DNA of 47,170 nucleotides from assembly GCA_964447745.1 (NCBI GenBank), contig CAYUTV010000001.1:20356-67525 (forward strand). The letters run 5' to 3'. Below are positions 18,609-28,034 of this stretch, in pieces. The stretch comes from an uncultured Planctomycetia bacterium (GTDB lineage: Bacteria > Omnitrophota > Gorgyraeia > 2-02-FULL-51-18). The position numbers and the translations under genes were made by a program. The notes below the pieces were generated by a model. That model made no database searches. It was not told the origin of the DNA and worked only from the letters and a program-made list of their open reading frames with translations. Position 1 is the first letter of the stretch, and every line of letters begins with the position of its first letter.

Positions 18609-21600
18609 TTAATGCGGCTGATATTTGCCGCGCTCGAGCTTCGTAAACAGAAGATAGGCGGCCGGCACAACGAATAGCGTCAAAAATGTCGACAAGGCCA
18701 CGCCGCCGATAACGGCAACCGCCATGGGAATGCGCGTCTCCGCCCCCGGTCCTAAAGCCAAAGCGGGTGGAATCGCAGCGGCAATCGTCGCGAAAGACGT
18801 CATTAGAATCGGGCGCAGGCGAATCGGGCAGGCCTCTTGCAAGGCTTCTCTTGGCGGCATCCCTTTTTCCGTGCGTACGTGATTGGTGAACTCAACCAGC
18901 AAGATGGAATTCTTTTTGACGATACCCATTAAAAGAATAAATGCAATCATACTGTAAAGGTTGATTGATTGATTCGAAAGGAACAAACCCAGAAGACCTC
19001 CGGAAATGGCAAACGGCATGGCCAAAAGCACGGTCACCGGATGAATGTAGCTGTTAAACTGTGAAGCCAAAATCATGTACGCGATCACAAGGCCCATAAT
19101 AAATGCAAAACCAAAGCTTCCCATAGTTTCCTGCATGCTCTTGGCGCCACCCGTCATTTCAATGCGATAACCCTCAGGCAAAACCTCCTTGGCTATTTTT
19201 TGAACCGATTCCAACACATCTGCCTGCGATTTGCCCGGTACAATATTGGCAAAAACACCTATAGCGCGCTCGCGGTTTCGACGCGTAATGCTCAACAAAG
19301 ACGGCTTAAGATTCACATCAACCACGTCTGCCAGCTTCACGCGCTCACCCCGGTTATTCCATATCCAAATATTTTGAACGTCCTCCGGATTCATGCGATC
19401 CTCAGCCACCAAACGCACGCGCACATCGTAACGCCGGCCACCTTCCGTGTATTTTCCAACACGCTGACCGCCGATCAATGCGTTAACCGCGTTGCCGATG
19501 GAGGACATTTCTACACCGCGCTCCGTCGCCTTGGCGCGGTTGGGAATGATTTGAACTTCTGTCACACCGAGAAGATAATCAGTATCCACGTCGGTCATAA
19601 GCCCGGTGGCGCGCATTTTCTCCATGATGGTCTGAGAGTATTCCGAGAGCTTATCCCATTCCTTGCCCTGCACCGAGAATTCCACCGGAAATCCGCGTTG
19701 AGCGGTGAACCCGCGCATGGATAAATCCTGAATAAAGACTTTAACGTCAGGAATTTTAGATATCTCCTTTCGAAAAAGGTCCATCAAGTCCTGCTGGCTT
19801 AATTCCTTGGAGCTTCCTTTTCTGACACCACGCTCTCCTTTTTTCTTCATAGAAACAAAAATCATGCCCGTATTCACTTCGCCGCCACCAAATCCTCCGA
19901 TGGCCGCGAAATACCGGTCCACCTCGGGCAAACTCTGCACAAACGCTTCAGCTATTTTGAATCGTTCATTCGTAAACTCCAACGAAGACCCTACGGGCGT
20001 CTGAAGTCGTGCCAAGAAGTAACCCTGATCTTGCGCGGGCACAAATTCTTTTCTTAGCGGCTTAAATAAGAACAGCGACACCGCAAAAATGATTCCCGAG
20101 ATAATGACAACCGGAACAGGGTGCCGCAATGCCATTGAAAGTGACCGGCTGTAAGTGTGAGAAAGCTTTTCAAAACCGCGCTCGACGCCCTTTCCTAAAC
20201 GTGACTTGCGCTCACCCACATCCAGGAATTGAGAAGCGCGCATAGGCGTTAGCGTAAGAGCTTCTAATAATGAAATCAGAACAGCTCCTGAAATAGCGAC
20301 TCCGAATGCGAAAAAGAACTTACCGATAATTCCCGTCATAAATGCGACGGGCAAGAAAATGGCGACAAGGGCCAGTGTGGCTGCGATAGCGGCAAACGTG
20401 ATTTGCCGCGCTCCCGTACTCGCAGCATCCACACGGCTCAGACCTTTTTCACGGTAGCGAACGATGTTTTCCAACACCATGATCGCGTCGTCAACAACGA
20501 TACCGATCGCCAGCGATAACGCGAGTACCGTGAACGTATTCAGCGTGAAGTTCATGAAACGGAAAACAAGGAACGTTCCTATAATGGATGTTGGGATTGC
20601 CAAGAGAATATTAAATGTGGCGCTCCACGAACCGATAAAAAGCCAGCACACTATCGCGGTTAACAGCGCGGATAAAAGCAAGGCGAAGATCAGCTCGTGA
20701 ATGGATTCCTCAACAAACGTCGTGCTGTCAAAATTGACGCCCAGCTTCATGCCTTCCGGAAGGTCAGTCTGCACTTCCTTGAGCTTTTCTTTGACCTTAT
20801 GCGCGATTTCCACCGAGTTAGCGCCGATTTGTTTGCGAATACCCAGTCCGACGGCAGGCTTCCCGAGAACTCTTGAGAGACGCCTTTGATCCGCCAGCGC
20901 ATCTTCCACGGTCGCGACATCTTTCAGATAAATAGGCACGTAGATCGGTTGCCCGCCGCGTCTGGAAATCAGAATGTCGCCAAATTGCTCAACCGTCAGC
21001 GCCTCGCCCATCGCGCGTACATTCATTTCCTTTTCGGGGGTTTCGATGCGGCCGGCCGGTATTTCCACGTGATTGGCCTCAATGGCATCGATAATATCGC
21101 CGACCGTCAACTCATATTCATCCAGCTTTTTGGAAGAGACCCACACGCGTAGGTTGCGATCCACATATCCGCTGAGAATGATTTCGCCCACACCCGGAAT
21201 CGTTTGAAACCGATCCTTAAGGTGATCCTGGACGTAGGTAATCATGTCCCGCAGCGGCCGCTCTCCCGACAAACCGAGCCACATGATCGGCTGATCCGTG
21301 GGGTTCTGCTTGGATACAATAGGCGGATCAATGTCTATCGGAAGGCGTCTTTGCGCTTGTGCGACCCGAGACTGGACCTCCTGCAATGCCACGTCAATGT
21401 CGCGTTCCAACGTAAATTCGAGTTTGATGTCGGCGGTTCCCTGGCGCACCGTCGAGGTCACTTCGCGCAGGCCCTCAGAACTCATCACCGCGTCTTCAAT
21501 AATGTCCGCGACGTCACTCTCCATCACTTCCGGAGCGGCGCCCTCCCAGGTTACGGAGACGGTCAAAACGGGAAAATCCACTTCAGGCATCTGGCTGACA

Positions 21601-21698
21601 CCTAGGTCTCGATACGATATCCAACCGAATACAATGAGCCCGGCCATGAGCATCCAGGCGAAAACGGGATTTTTTATGGAAATATCGGATAGCGTCAT
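18609..21698 (-). CDS. RND-family efflux transporter (AcrB/HAE1-like inner-membrane pump)
   Basis: 1029 aa with a typical 12-TM RND layout. N-terminus IKNPVFAWMLMAGLIVFG; motif GIVVDDAIMVLENI. Confidence 0.9.
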   Translation of the reverse strand: MTLSDISIKNPVFAWMLMAGLIVFGWISYRDLGVSQMPEVDFPVLTVSVTWEGAAPEVMESDVADIIEDAVMSSEGLREVTSTVRQGTADIKLEFTLERDIDVALQEVQSRVAQAQRRLPIDIDPPIVSKQNPTDQPIMWLGLSGERPLRDMITYVQDHLKDRFQTIPGVGEIILSGYVDRNLRVWVSSKKLDEYELTVGDIIDAIEANHVEIPAGRIETPEKEMNVRAMGEALTVEQFGDILISRRGGQPIYVPIYLKDVATVEDALADQRRLSRVLGKPAVGLGIRKQIGANSVEIAHKVKEKLKEVQTDLPEGMKLGVNFDSTTFVEESIHELIFALLLSALLTAIVCWLFIGSWSATFNILLAIPTSIIGTFLVFRFMNFTLNTFTVLALSLAIGIVVDDAIMVLENIVRYREKGLSRVDAASTGARQITFAAIAATLALVAIFLPVAFMTGIIGKFFFAFGVAISGAVLISLLEALTLTPMRASQFLDVGERKSRLGKGVERGFEKLSHTYSRSLSMALRHPVPVVIISGIIFAVSLFLFKPLRKEFVPAQDQGYFLARLQTPVGSSLEFTNERFKIAEAFVQSLPEVDRYFAAIGGFGGGEVNTGMIFVSMKKKGERGVRKGSSKELSQQDLMDLFRKEISKIPDVKVFIQDLSMRGFTAQRGFPVEFSVQGKEWDKLSEYSQTIMEKMRATGLMTDVDTDYLLGVTEVQIIPNRAKATERGVEMSSIGNAVNALIGGQRVGKYTEGGRRYDVRVRLVAEDRMNPEDVQNIWIWNNRGERVKLADVVDVNLKPSLLSITRRNRERAIGVFANIVPGKSQADVLESVQKIAKEVLPEGYRIEMTGGAKSMQETMGSFGFAFIMGLVIAYMILASQFNSYIHPVTVLLAMPFAISGGLLGLFLSNQSINLYSMIAFILLMGIVKKNSILLVEFTNHVRTEKGMPPREALQEACPIRLRPILMTSFATIAAAIPPALALGPGAETRIPMAVAVIGGVALSTFLTLFVVPAAYLLFTKLERGKYQPH

Positions 21699-23026
21699 TG
21701 TGTTTCTCCGATCGCGACCATGAGACGCCAGAAATTACGCCTGGATTCATACCGCACTTGATTATACCGCCGTTGGATTTCCTGATACTGTCTCAAGGAG
21801 TCCAGCACCTGCAGGTTGTTGACGAGGGAAAGTCTGTATTCTTCCGTCAGCGTATTATAATTTTTATTCGATGCTTCGGCCGCTTCCTTCAACGCGTCTT
21901 CCTGAGCTTTCAATGATAAATAATTGCGGTGTGAATTTCGAACGTCCATGGACGCCAGGCGTTGCGTCTGCGACAGAAGAAGCTCGGCGCTTTTTTGATC
22001 CGCCGCCGCGAGCTTTATGTCTCCCCAAACTTTCGTGCCTTCAAAGATGGGGACATCGATACGCAGCAATACGTCCCAATCCACGTTCTCTACAAATCCT
22101 TCGCGTTTGGTGTAATAGTTCGCGTCAATGCCCACTTTGGGGAAAAGCCCGCCTCTGGCCACCACGACTTTTTGGTCCATCAGCATTTTATTTTCGCGGC
22201 TGGCGCGCACATCGGCGCGCCCATCCACTGCTTCCAGATGTGCTTCAATCGTATTCATTTCGCGGTTGGGGCTTTCCTCATCCACCAGGCCGCCGGCGAT
22301 CTCTCTTCCTATATAGAACTCGAGAAGCTCCTTCCACACGCCTTCCACTCGCCTGGCCTCTTCGGTATCCGCGATAACCACCTTATAATCGACTGTAGAC
22401 GTCAACATTTCGCTCTCGCGCGAGCGCCCTAACTTCAGGCGTCCTTCGAGCTCCTTAATACGGTCGCCCATGAGGCCCTGTGTTTTCTCGAGGATCTCCA
22501 AATCTTTCTGTGCCTGCAGCATTCCGTAGAAGGCTTCCATGACGCTCTGGAAAAGGAGCTGTCTTGCGCGTTCGAGCTCAAAACGGCGCTGACTCTTCTC
22601 CATGCCGCTCGCCTTGATCGCCGCGATGTCTTTAAAGCCTCCGAATAAAGGCTGCGTCAGAGAAAAATAGGCGTCGTCCGACGTTTCGCGCGTAAAGTTT
22701 CTGGAACTGCCGTCTTCGGAAGCCGCCTCCTCGTCGCTATCTTGGCGGAAATGTCCCGCATGAAAATTTACACTCGGCAATACACTGGAGAGAGATTGAT
22801 AGAAATGCGCCTGTGCAGCCTCTATAAACTCTTTTTTCATCCCGATCTCTTCACTTCGCACGAGAGCCATTTCAAAGGCCTGGGCGAGGGTTAACGGCTC
22901 AGAGATGGGTTCCGCCTGGATCGCCGGCTGGACTTTTTTGCCAAAAAACGCCTCTGCCGACGAAAGTGACGTAAATCCCAAAACCAAAGGAAAAATCAGA
23001 AAAGAAAATAGGATCTTTTTTAACAA
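21695..23026 (-). CDS. TolC-family outer-membrane efflux protein
   Basis: 443 aa with a signal peptide. LTLAQAFEMALVRSEEI and repeated OEP-type coiled helices. 4-nt overlap with the RND gene. Confidence 0.8.
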   Translation of the reverse strand: MLKKILFSFLIFPLVLGFTSLSSAEAFFGKKVQPAIQAEPISEPLTLAQAFEMALVRSEEIGMKKEFIEAAQAHFYQSLSSVLPSVNFHAGHFRQDSDEEAASEDGSSRNFTRETSDDAYFSLTQPLFGGFKDIAAIKASGMEKSQRRFELERARQLLFQSVMEAFYGMLQAQKDLEILEKTQGLMGDRIKELEGRLKLGRSRESEMLTSTVDYKVVIADTEEARRVEGVWKELLEFYIGREIAGGLVDEESPNREMNTIEAHLEAVDGRADVRASRENKMLMDQKVVVARGGLFPKVGIDANYYTKREGFVENVDWDVLLRIDVPIFEGTKVWGDIKLAAADQKSAELLLSQTQRLASMDVRNSHRNYLSLKAQEDALKEAAEASNKNYNTLTEEYRLSLVNNLQVLDSLRQYQEIQRRYNQVRYESRRNFWRLMVAIGETQ

Positions 23027-23481
23027 CCCGACCCCCGCACGATATTGTCTTTTACTTTATTGAGTACTGCCAGGTATTGTCCGCGCTCGGCGGCCGTGAG
23101 CGGGCGAAAAATCTCTTTGAACGTGTCTCTTTTTTGCTCGAGGATTTGCCCGACGACTTTGCGTCCTTTGGGAGTGACGCTGATCCAAACGATGCGGCGA
23201 TCGCGGTCATCGCGTTCTCGCTTAAGCATTTTCTCGCGGATAAGCCTGTCAACTAATACGGATGCGGAGCTGGTCTTTACGGAAAGGATTTTGGCGACTT
23301 CCGCCATGGGCACGCGGGTATGATGTGAAAGGTAGTCCAATACGACCATTTGGGGACAGCTGATTTTGCCGCGTGTCAGATGGTTGTCCTCGCGCTTGGC
23401 GAATTCACGCACGATGATGGGCATTATTTCCACCACCTGCTCGCTGAATTTCTCCAGTTCTTTCCCCATAACTCCCGCCAT
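23020..23481 (-). CDS. MarR-family transcriptional regulator
   Basis: 153 aa wHTH (CPQMVVLDYLSHHTRVPMAEVAKILSVKTSSASVLVDRLIREKMLKRERDDRDRR). The start could instead be the ATG at 23469. Confidence 0.85.
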   Translation of the reverse strand: MAGVMGKELEKFSEQVVEIMPIIVREFAKREDNHLTRGKISCPQMVVLDYLSHHTRVPMAEVAKILSVKTSSASVLVDRLIREKMLKRERDDRDRRIVWISVTPKGRKVVGQILEQKRDTFKEIFRPLTAAERGQYLAVLNKVKDNIVRGSGC

Positions 23482-23505
23482 TTAGTTAGATTAGCAAACT
23501 ATTTG

Positions 23506-23535
23506 ATTATAGAACTAATTGGCTGTTTGCGTCAA
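23506..23535 (-). promoter_or_regulatory. Candidate sigma70 promoter for the marR-OMF-RND operon
   Basis: Minus strand: TTGACG (23535-23530), 18 nt spacer, TATAAT (23511-23506). The short inverted repeat TTAGTT..AACTAA brackets the -10 region. Confidence 0.4.
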
Positions 23536-23544
23536 ATGAAGATT

Positions 23545-24168
23545 TTATGAAGTTTTTTTCGCGCGGTAGGCGTGGATCGCTTCGAAGACAATCGGCAAGA
23601 AAGAAACGGCGATGATACCGAGGATCACAAAATGCAGGTGCTTTTCGATGTCCGGAACCGTTTCACCAAGAAGGTACCCCGCCCCGGTCATAGAGCCGAC
23701 CCACAGGATACCCCCAAATACGTTATAGGAAATGAATTTCCGGTAGGTCATTCGGCCTACACCGGCTACCGTGGGCGCGAACGTGCGCACAATCGGAACA
23801 AACCTCGCAATGATAATGGTTTTTCCCCCATATTTCTCAAAGAAATCGTGCGTTTTTTTTACGTATTCTTTTTTAAAGAAGAAGGACTCTTCCTTATTAA
23901 AAAGCCTGGGACCCGCGTGATAGCCGATCCAGTACCCGACCGTATCCCCGATAATCGCCGCTGCCATCAAGAGCGCGTTTAATTTAAAGATATCGAGCTT
24001 GCCCTGCGACGCCACAAGCCCCGCGGTAACGAGCAGCGAGTCCCCCGGCAGAAAAAAACCGACCAAGAGGCCCGTTTCGCAGAAAACAATGATCGTGAGG
24101 CCCACATACCCGCCCCAAGCGATCAGTTCATCCAGATGATGTAGTTTTGAAAAAAATTCTTCGAGCAC
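23545..24168 (-). CDS. DedA / VTT-domain membrane protein
   Basis: 207 aa with FLPGDSLLVTAG and ARFVPIVRTFAP motifs of the DedA family. Confidence 0.85.
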   Translation of the reverse strand: MLEEFFSKLHHLDELIAWGGYVGLTIIVFCETGLLVGFFLPGDSLLVTAGLVASQGKLDIFKLNALLMAAAIIGDTVGYWIGYHAGPRLFNKEESFFFKKEYVKKTHDFFEKYGGKTIIIARFVPIVRTFAPTVAGVGRMTYRKFISYNVFGGILWVGSMTGAGYLLGETVPDIEKHLHFVILGIIAVSFLPIVFEAIHAYRAKKTS

Positions 24169-24183
24169 AGCGCCTCCGTAAAG

Positions 24184-24771
24184 CTATTTTATCATCTTTT
24201 GCATGGAAGCGATGGATTCCTTCACAATGCGGTTTAGTTTTGGCGACAATTCACGACACGCCTTGAGAAAATCATGGTCGGCGTTTTCATCCGCCACATC
24301 GGAAATCAGCTTGACCACATGGTAGCGACGCCCGGATTTCTGGCAAAAATGAGCCACGGCGTAGGACTCCATGTCGCACGCCGTCGGTCCCACCGCGCTA
24401 TCTTTATAGGGATTTTCCGTGAGAAAGCGGTCCTGGGTCAACATGGTGGCCTTTACTGAACCGTCCACCAACGGCCCGTGCACGGAAACCACTTTATTGG
24501 GAAATTTCTCAAAAGGCTCGGCAAAATAGTCCTGCTCTATGAACGTATGCGGCTCCACCACGTCTCCGATGCTTAAATCCCGGGTCAGACCTCCGGCAAA
24601 TCCTATCAGGAGCACCCCCTCGGCTTTATCGCGCGAAAATAGCTCGTGGCAGGCCCATGCCGCGCGCAGCTTGCCCATCCCCGAATGAATAAGCTTAACG
24701 CCCGTGTCCTCAATGTGGCTATGATGAAGCACGTCGTACTCAAAGGTGCTGGGACAGATCACTCCGATCAT
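24184..24771 (-). CDS. PNP_UDP_1 family nucleosidase (MTA/SAH nucleosidase-like or futalosine hydrolase-like)
   Basis: 195 aa with GFAGGL and ACDMESYAVA motifs. It is next to apt, consistent with adenine salvage. The exact substrate cannot be told from sequence. Confidence 0.65.
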   Translation of the reverse strand: MIGVICPSTFEYDVLHHSHIEDTGVKLIHSGMGKLRAAWACHELFSRDKAEGVLLIGFAGGLTRDLSIGDVVEPHTFIEQDYFAEPFEKFPNKVVSVHGPLVDGSVKATMLTQDRFLTENPYKDSAVGPTACDMESYAVAHFCQKSGRRYHVVKLISDVADENADHDFLKACRELSPKLNRIVKESIASMQKMIK

Positions 24772-24774
24772 GGC

Positions 24775-25302
24775 TTAATAGGTGATCAGCGAATGGATGG
24801 GATGCCGGCAGAGACGTTCGCGGCCTTTAAGTGCCAGGAGCTCTATCAGGAAATAAACGCCGCATAATTTGACACCAAATTTTTGGACGAGCTCTATCGC
24901 CGCCTCGACGGTGCCTCCGGTGGCAAGCACGTCGTCAATGATAATAACTTTGGAACCTTTCTTTATCGCATCCGAATGAATCTCGATCACAGCTCTGCCG
25001 TATTCCAACTCGTACGAAGTTTGGAATTTCTGATAAGGCAGTTTCCCCTCTTTACGGATTGGCACGAATCCGACGCCGAGCGCGTAAGCGAGCGCTGAAC
25101 CAAAAATAAAGCCGCGCGACTCCACGGATATAACGTAGTCGACTTTTTCCTTAGTGTGGCTTACGAAATTATCGATGCAGAGCTTGAACTGTTTCTTATC
25201 GAGAAGAAGCGGCGTGATATCGCGAAAGAGAATCCCCTTTTTGGGAAAATCAGGAATGGTGCGGATTTGGTCTTTCAAGGCCTGCAGTGCGTGTGCATTC
25301 AT
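24775..25302 (-). CDS. apt: Adenine phosphoribosyltransferase
   Basis: 175 aa with the PRPP-binding motif VIIIDDVLATGGT and N-terminal IRTIPDFPKKGILFRDITPLL. Confidence 0.92.
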   Translation of the reverse strand: MNAHALQALKDQIRTIPDFPKKGILFRDITPLLLDKKQFKLCIDNFVSHTKEKVDYVISVESRGFIFGSALAYALGVGFVPIRKEGKLPYQKFQTSYELEYGRAVIEIHSDAIKKGSKVIIIDDVLATGGTVEAAIELVQKFGVKLCGVYFLIELLALKGRERLCRHPIHSLITY

Positions 25303-25303
25303 T

Positions 25304-26119
25304 TCAGAATCGGCTGATCATATCCCCGATTTTAATGTCCTTTTTCGTCCACTCAGGCAGTGTGACGGCGGCAGCGGTGTTGTTCTTCAGCTTCTCAATG
25401 ATCGCCTTGCCGATAATCTCATTGTCGCGCACGATATTAACAACCGAGTTCTTGATCAATCCGTCGTCTTTTCCGGCGTTGACGATGATGAAACCGTACA
25501 ATTTGTTGATGTGCTGGATGCGCACCGCTTTACCGGTGTCTTTTTGCACCACAATCTGCCCCAGCTTCACTGTATCAAGGTTTTGAATGATTTCCGCTTC
25601 ATTGGCAAAGCTCTCTTCGCTGACGCTTGATGAACTCTCTTCCACCTGGACGGTAGCGGCTTGAGCGTTTCTTTCCTCTTCGTAATGCTGGATGGTTCCC
25701 TTTAATTCTTCTTTTTCTTTTTCCAAAGCCCGGATCTTTTTATTGAGAGAATCGGCCGTCGCCTTCGCAGAATCCAGTTCCGCCATCAGAGTTGCATTCA
25801 ACGCTTTGGCGCTGTCAAAATCTCTGGCCTGATTGGACCACTGACTCTCCAGTTCTTTCAATCTTTTTTGGACGCCTTCCAATTCCTGATTCTTCAGAGA
25901 CAAATCCGACGAAATCGCCTCTTTCTCCTGCGTCAATGCGGTGATCTGCTTTTGCAGTTCACCCATTTCCAGGAGTTTCTGGGAAAGTTCGTTCTCTTTT
26001 TGAATTCTTAATTGTTTTTCGCGTTTGGAAGAGGTGTAGAAAGATACAAAGGTAAAAAAGAAAATCAGGCCTGCGCAGAGCGCAAAGAACATCACCCAAG
26101 TTCGCCTCGGAACGGCCAT
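25304..26119 (-). CDS. Hypothetical membrane-anchored coiled-coil protein with a small C-terminal beta domain
   Basis: One N-terminal TM helix (WVMFFALCAGLIFFFTFVSFY), ~150 aa of heptad-like E/K/L-rich sequence, then a ~90-aa Gly/Val/Ile-rich domain. The track start (TTG 26131) was replaced by ATG 26119, which has GAGGAG 4 nt upstream. Confidence 0.5.
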   Translation of the reverse strand: MAVPRRTWVMFFALCAGLIFFFTFVSFYTSSKREKQLRIQKENELSQKLLEMGELQKQITALTQEKEAISSDLSLKNQELEGVQKRLKELESQWSNQARDFDSAKALNATLMAELDSAKATADSLNKKIRALEKEKEELKGTIQHYEEERNAQAATVQVEESSSSVSEESFANEAEIIQNLDTVKLGQIVVQKDTGKAVRIQHINKLYGFIIVNAGKDDGLIKNSVVNIVRDNEIIGKAIIEKLKNNTAAAVTLPEWTKKDIKIGDMISRF

Positions 26120-26160
26120 GGATCTCCTCAAATAAGGTAAGACGTTAACTAATGAAAATT

Positions 26161-26189
26161 AGTCTACCCGAAATGAGAAATTCTTTCAA
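26161..26189 (-). promoter_or_regulatory. Candidate sigma70 promoter for the coiled-coil protein/apt unit
   Basis: Minus strand: TTGAAA (26189-26184), 17 nt spacer, TAGACT (26166-26161). Confidence 0.35.
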
Positions 26190-26238
26190 GCGGAAACTAT
26201 TATTATTTATTACAGTTCAATGACTTGGAGCAATTTTA

Positions 26239-26676
26239 TCAGTCGGAAGAGTAGCTGGGCGGGGTGCCGCTACCAACGGCTTCCGGCATGGACTGTGTCA
26301 CATACCAGCTATTGCCGGATGGCGTGACCACATGGGCTCTAAACTTGGCATTAGAGCCATACCCCCCGTTGGAGGAAAGGAAGACCGTGTAAGACGCGGC
26401 CGAAAGATCGGCTTGAAAAATATTATTGATATTTGTTAGGCCGGACAGCGTACCTCCGCCCGAAGGAGCGTATGTGTTTTGATTCGCGCGATAGGCCTTC
26501 TGTTCGAGACGCAGCACATCCAAAATACGAAAGGCCTCACGATCCTCATTTTTCCTTATGAGGTTCTGGAAAGACGGTAGCGCGAGCCCCGTGATAATGG
26601 CGACTAGCGATATCGTCACCAGGAGCTCAACCAATGTCAAACCTCTGAACCGCTTTTTCATGAAGGAGCGCATCAA
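26239..26676 (-). CDS. Prepilin-type N-terminal cleavage/methylation domain protein (minor pilin/pseudopilin)
   Basis: KKRFRG/LTLVELLVTISLVAIITGLALP: class III signal with Gly-1 and Glu+5. ATGA overlap with the upstream gene. Confidence 0.75.
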   Translation of the reverse strand: MMRSFMKKRFRGLTLVELLVTISLVAIITGLALPSFQNLIRKNEDREAFRILDVLRLEQKAYRANQNTYAPSGGGTLSGLTNINNIFQADLSAASYTVFLSSNGGYGSNAKFRAHVVTPSGNSWYVTQSMPEAVGSGTPPSYSSD

Positions 26677-27074
26677 TCAAATCCTTTCGCTGCCATCGCG
26701 CGCACCCCGGAGGCATCAGGCAGGCCGATATCGATTCTGACGTCCGAACCGGGTTGCTGCGTCAAAGAAAACGTGGGCGGATTGGCGCCCATATCCAAAA
26801 AATAGACAGGCGGATCCCAACCGCTATTGGCAAAACTTAAACCTCCGCCCCAGTCGCTGGTCGTGTTTGTGCGAATGCGCCAATAAGCATCCACGATGCC
26901 GGCTTGAGCCGCATAAAAAGCCTTGAGCTTGGTAGAAGAAACACGATCGCTGAGACTGCGATAGTCAAACGACATATTTAAAAGAAGTGCAATAATACCC
27001 ATGGTTGCAATGATAAATATAATGGCTATGGTCAGGGCGATGCCTTTTTGCGAGTGAAGAGATATCGATCTCAT
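26673..27074 (-). CDS. PilX/GspK-like minor pilin (no Glu+5)
   Basis: HSQKG/IALTIAIIFIIATMGIIALL followed by KAFYAAQAGIVDAYWR, resembling the PilX N-terminal domain. It lacks the conserved Glu5. Confidence 0.6.
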   Translation of the reverse strand: MRSISLHSQKGIALTIAIIFIIATMGIIALLLNMSFDYRSLSDRVSSTKLKAFYAAQAGIVDAYWRIRTNTTSDWGGGLSFANSGWDPPVYFLDMGANPPTFSLTQQPGSDVRIDIGLPDASGVRAMAAKGFD

Positions 27075-27679
27075 TGCGTATTAATCCTTACAATAGAAAC
27101 CATTTCTGTCGAGGGCCCTTCCTGGTCCGTGGGACGCAGATTATAATAGTCTTGTTTTGATGCCAGTGTATAGGTAACCGTTAACTGCGATGTCGCATCG
27201 TTGTACACAAACGACGGCGAGATGGACTCCTGGCGCGAAAGCGGGTTTGAGGCCGTTGAGAAATCCGTTGTCGCTATAGTACTGGGGTCCGTCATAGGAC
27301 TGACCCCTAATATTCGTTCGTGGAGCCCGTTATTACTCCTTGTCGTAAAGGATATCCAGGTATCGTCTGAATAGTCATCGGCCGTATTTCTAGGATTTAA
27401 GTTGGAATCCACATCAAGACGCAGGTTGAGCTGTTGATAAGGCCATCCGCCGATTGTCTGCTCAATAACTGTGGCCCGGTTGGCCATTCTGGCCATCTTA
27501 AGCAATCTCTCTATGCCTATATGACCGTCCGCAAAATCCACACTGCTTGACCGTACGTCAAAATAATTGCGCGCGGCCGTCTCATAGGTGATTCCGGCGG
27601 CCAAAACGATCACACCAAAGAGCACCGTTGAAATAAGCATTTCTACGAGCGTTACGCCCTTCTGGTTTGATATTGTCAT
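27071..27679 (-). CDS. PilW-like minor pilin (prepilin-type N-terminal domain)
   Basis: MTISNQKG/VTLVEMLISTVLFGVIVLAAG. I prefer ATG 27679 (GGATGAG upstream, just after the upstream stop) over the track start at 27697. Confidence 0.65.
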   Translation of the reverse strand: MTISNQKGVTLVEMLISTVLFGVIVLAAGITYETAARNYFDVRSSSVDFADGHIGIERLLKMARMANRATVIEQTIGGWPYQQLNLRLDVDSNLNPRNTADDYSDDTWISFTTRSNNGLHERILGVSPMTDPSTIATTDFSTASNPLSRQESISPSFVYNDATSQLTVTYTLASKQDYYNLRPTDQEGPSTEMVSIVRINTQ

Positions 27680-27683
27680 ACGC

Positions 27684-28034
27684 TCATCCTGACCCATGCG
27701 TTGCGGCTGAGAAGGACCTATAATCTCTCCCTACCACGTCATTTGTCGTCCATTTTACCGGATACGACACCGTCCCATAACTGTCCACGGCATCAAATGA
27801 ATCCATTCCGTCCCGGATATACCATGAAGGATCTTCCCAATTTGCGGCGGTGACCTGCTGATATGCCGTCTCTAAAAGATTTCGACAGGAATTGTAACGC
27901 GCGACGTGTTCATTATTGATGAGCTGATTGACCGTGACGTCAATCGATGCATAAGTGGCAGCCATTCCGGCGATCAACACTCCGGCAATCATAATCTCCA
28001 TGAGCGAAAAACCGCGCTGGCTGCGTATCCTCAT
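27684..28034 (-). CDS. PilV-like minor pilin (prepilin-type N-terminal domain)
   Basis: MRIRSQRG/FSLMEIMIAGVLIAGMAATYA. ATGA overlap with the stop of fibre protein C. Confidence 0.7.
   Translation of the reverse strand: MRIRSQRGFSLMEIMIAGVLIAGMAATYASIDVTVNQLINNEHVARYNSCRNLLETAYQQVTAANWEDPSWYIRDGMDSFDAVDSYGTVSYPVKWTTNDVVGRDYRSFSAATHGSG

Noticed and set aside
19200-22432. Plus-strand ORFs of 130-190 aa lie inside large minus-strand genes, for example 19200-19724, 21871-22377, 21962-22432, 33886-34461 and 3607-4092.
   Set aside because: They lie antisense within confidently identified genes (RND pump, OMF, PilC, GcvPB). Their composition is Arg/His/Pro/Ser-rich and shadow-ORF-like, and they have no recognisable motifs or RBS.
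23483-23520. A MarR operator palindrome in the marR upstream region (TTAGTT..AACTAA and ATTAG..CTAAT).
   Set aside because: The arms are only 5-6 bp, with long non-complementary centres. That is too weak to call a binding site without comparative or experimental data, so it is mentioned only under the promoter feature.
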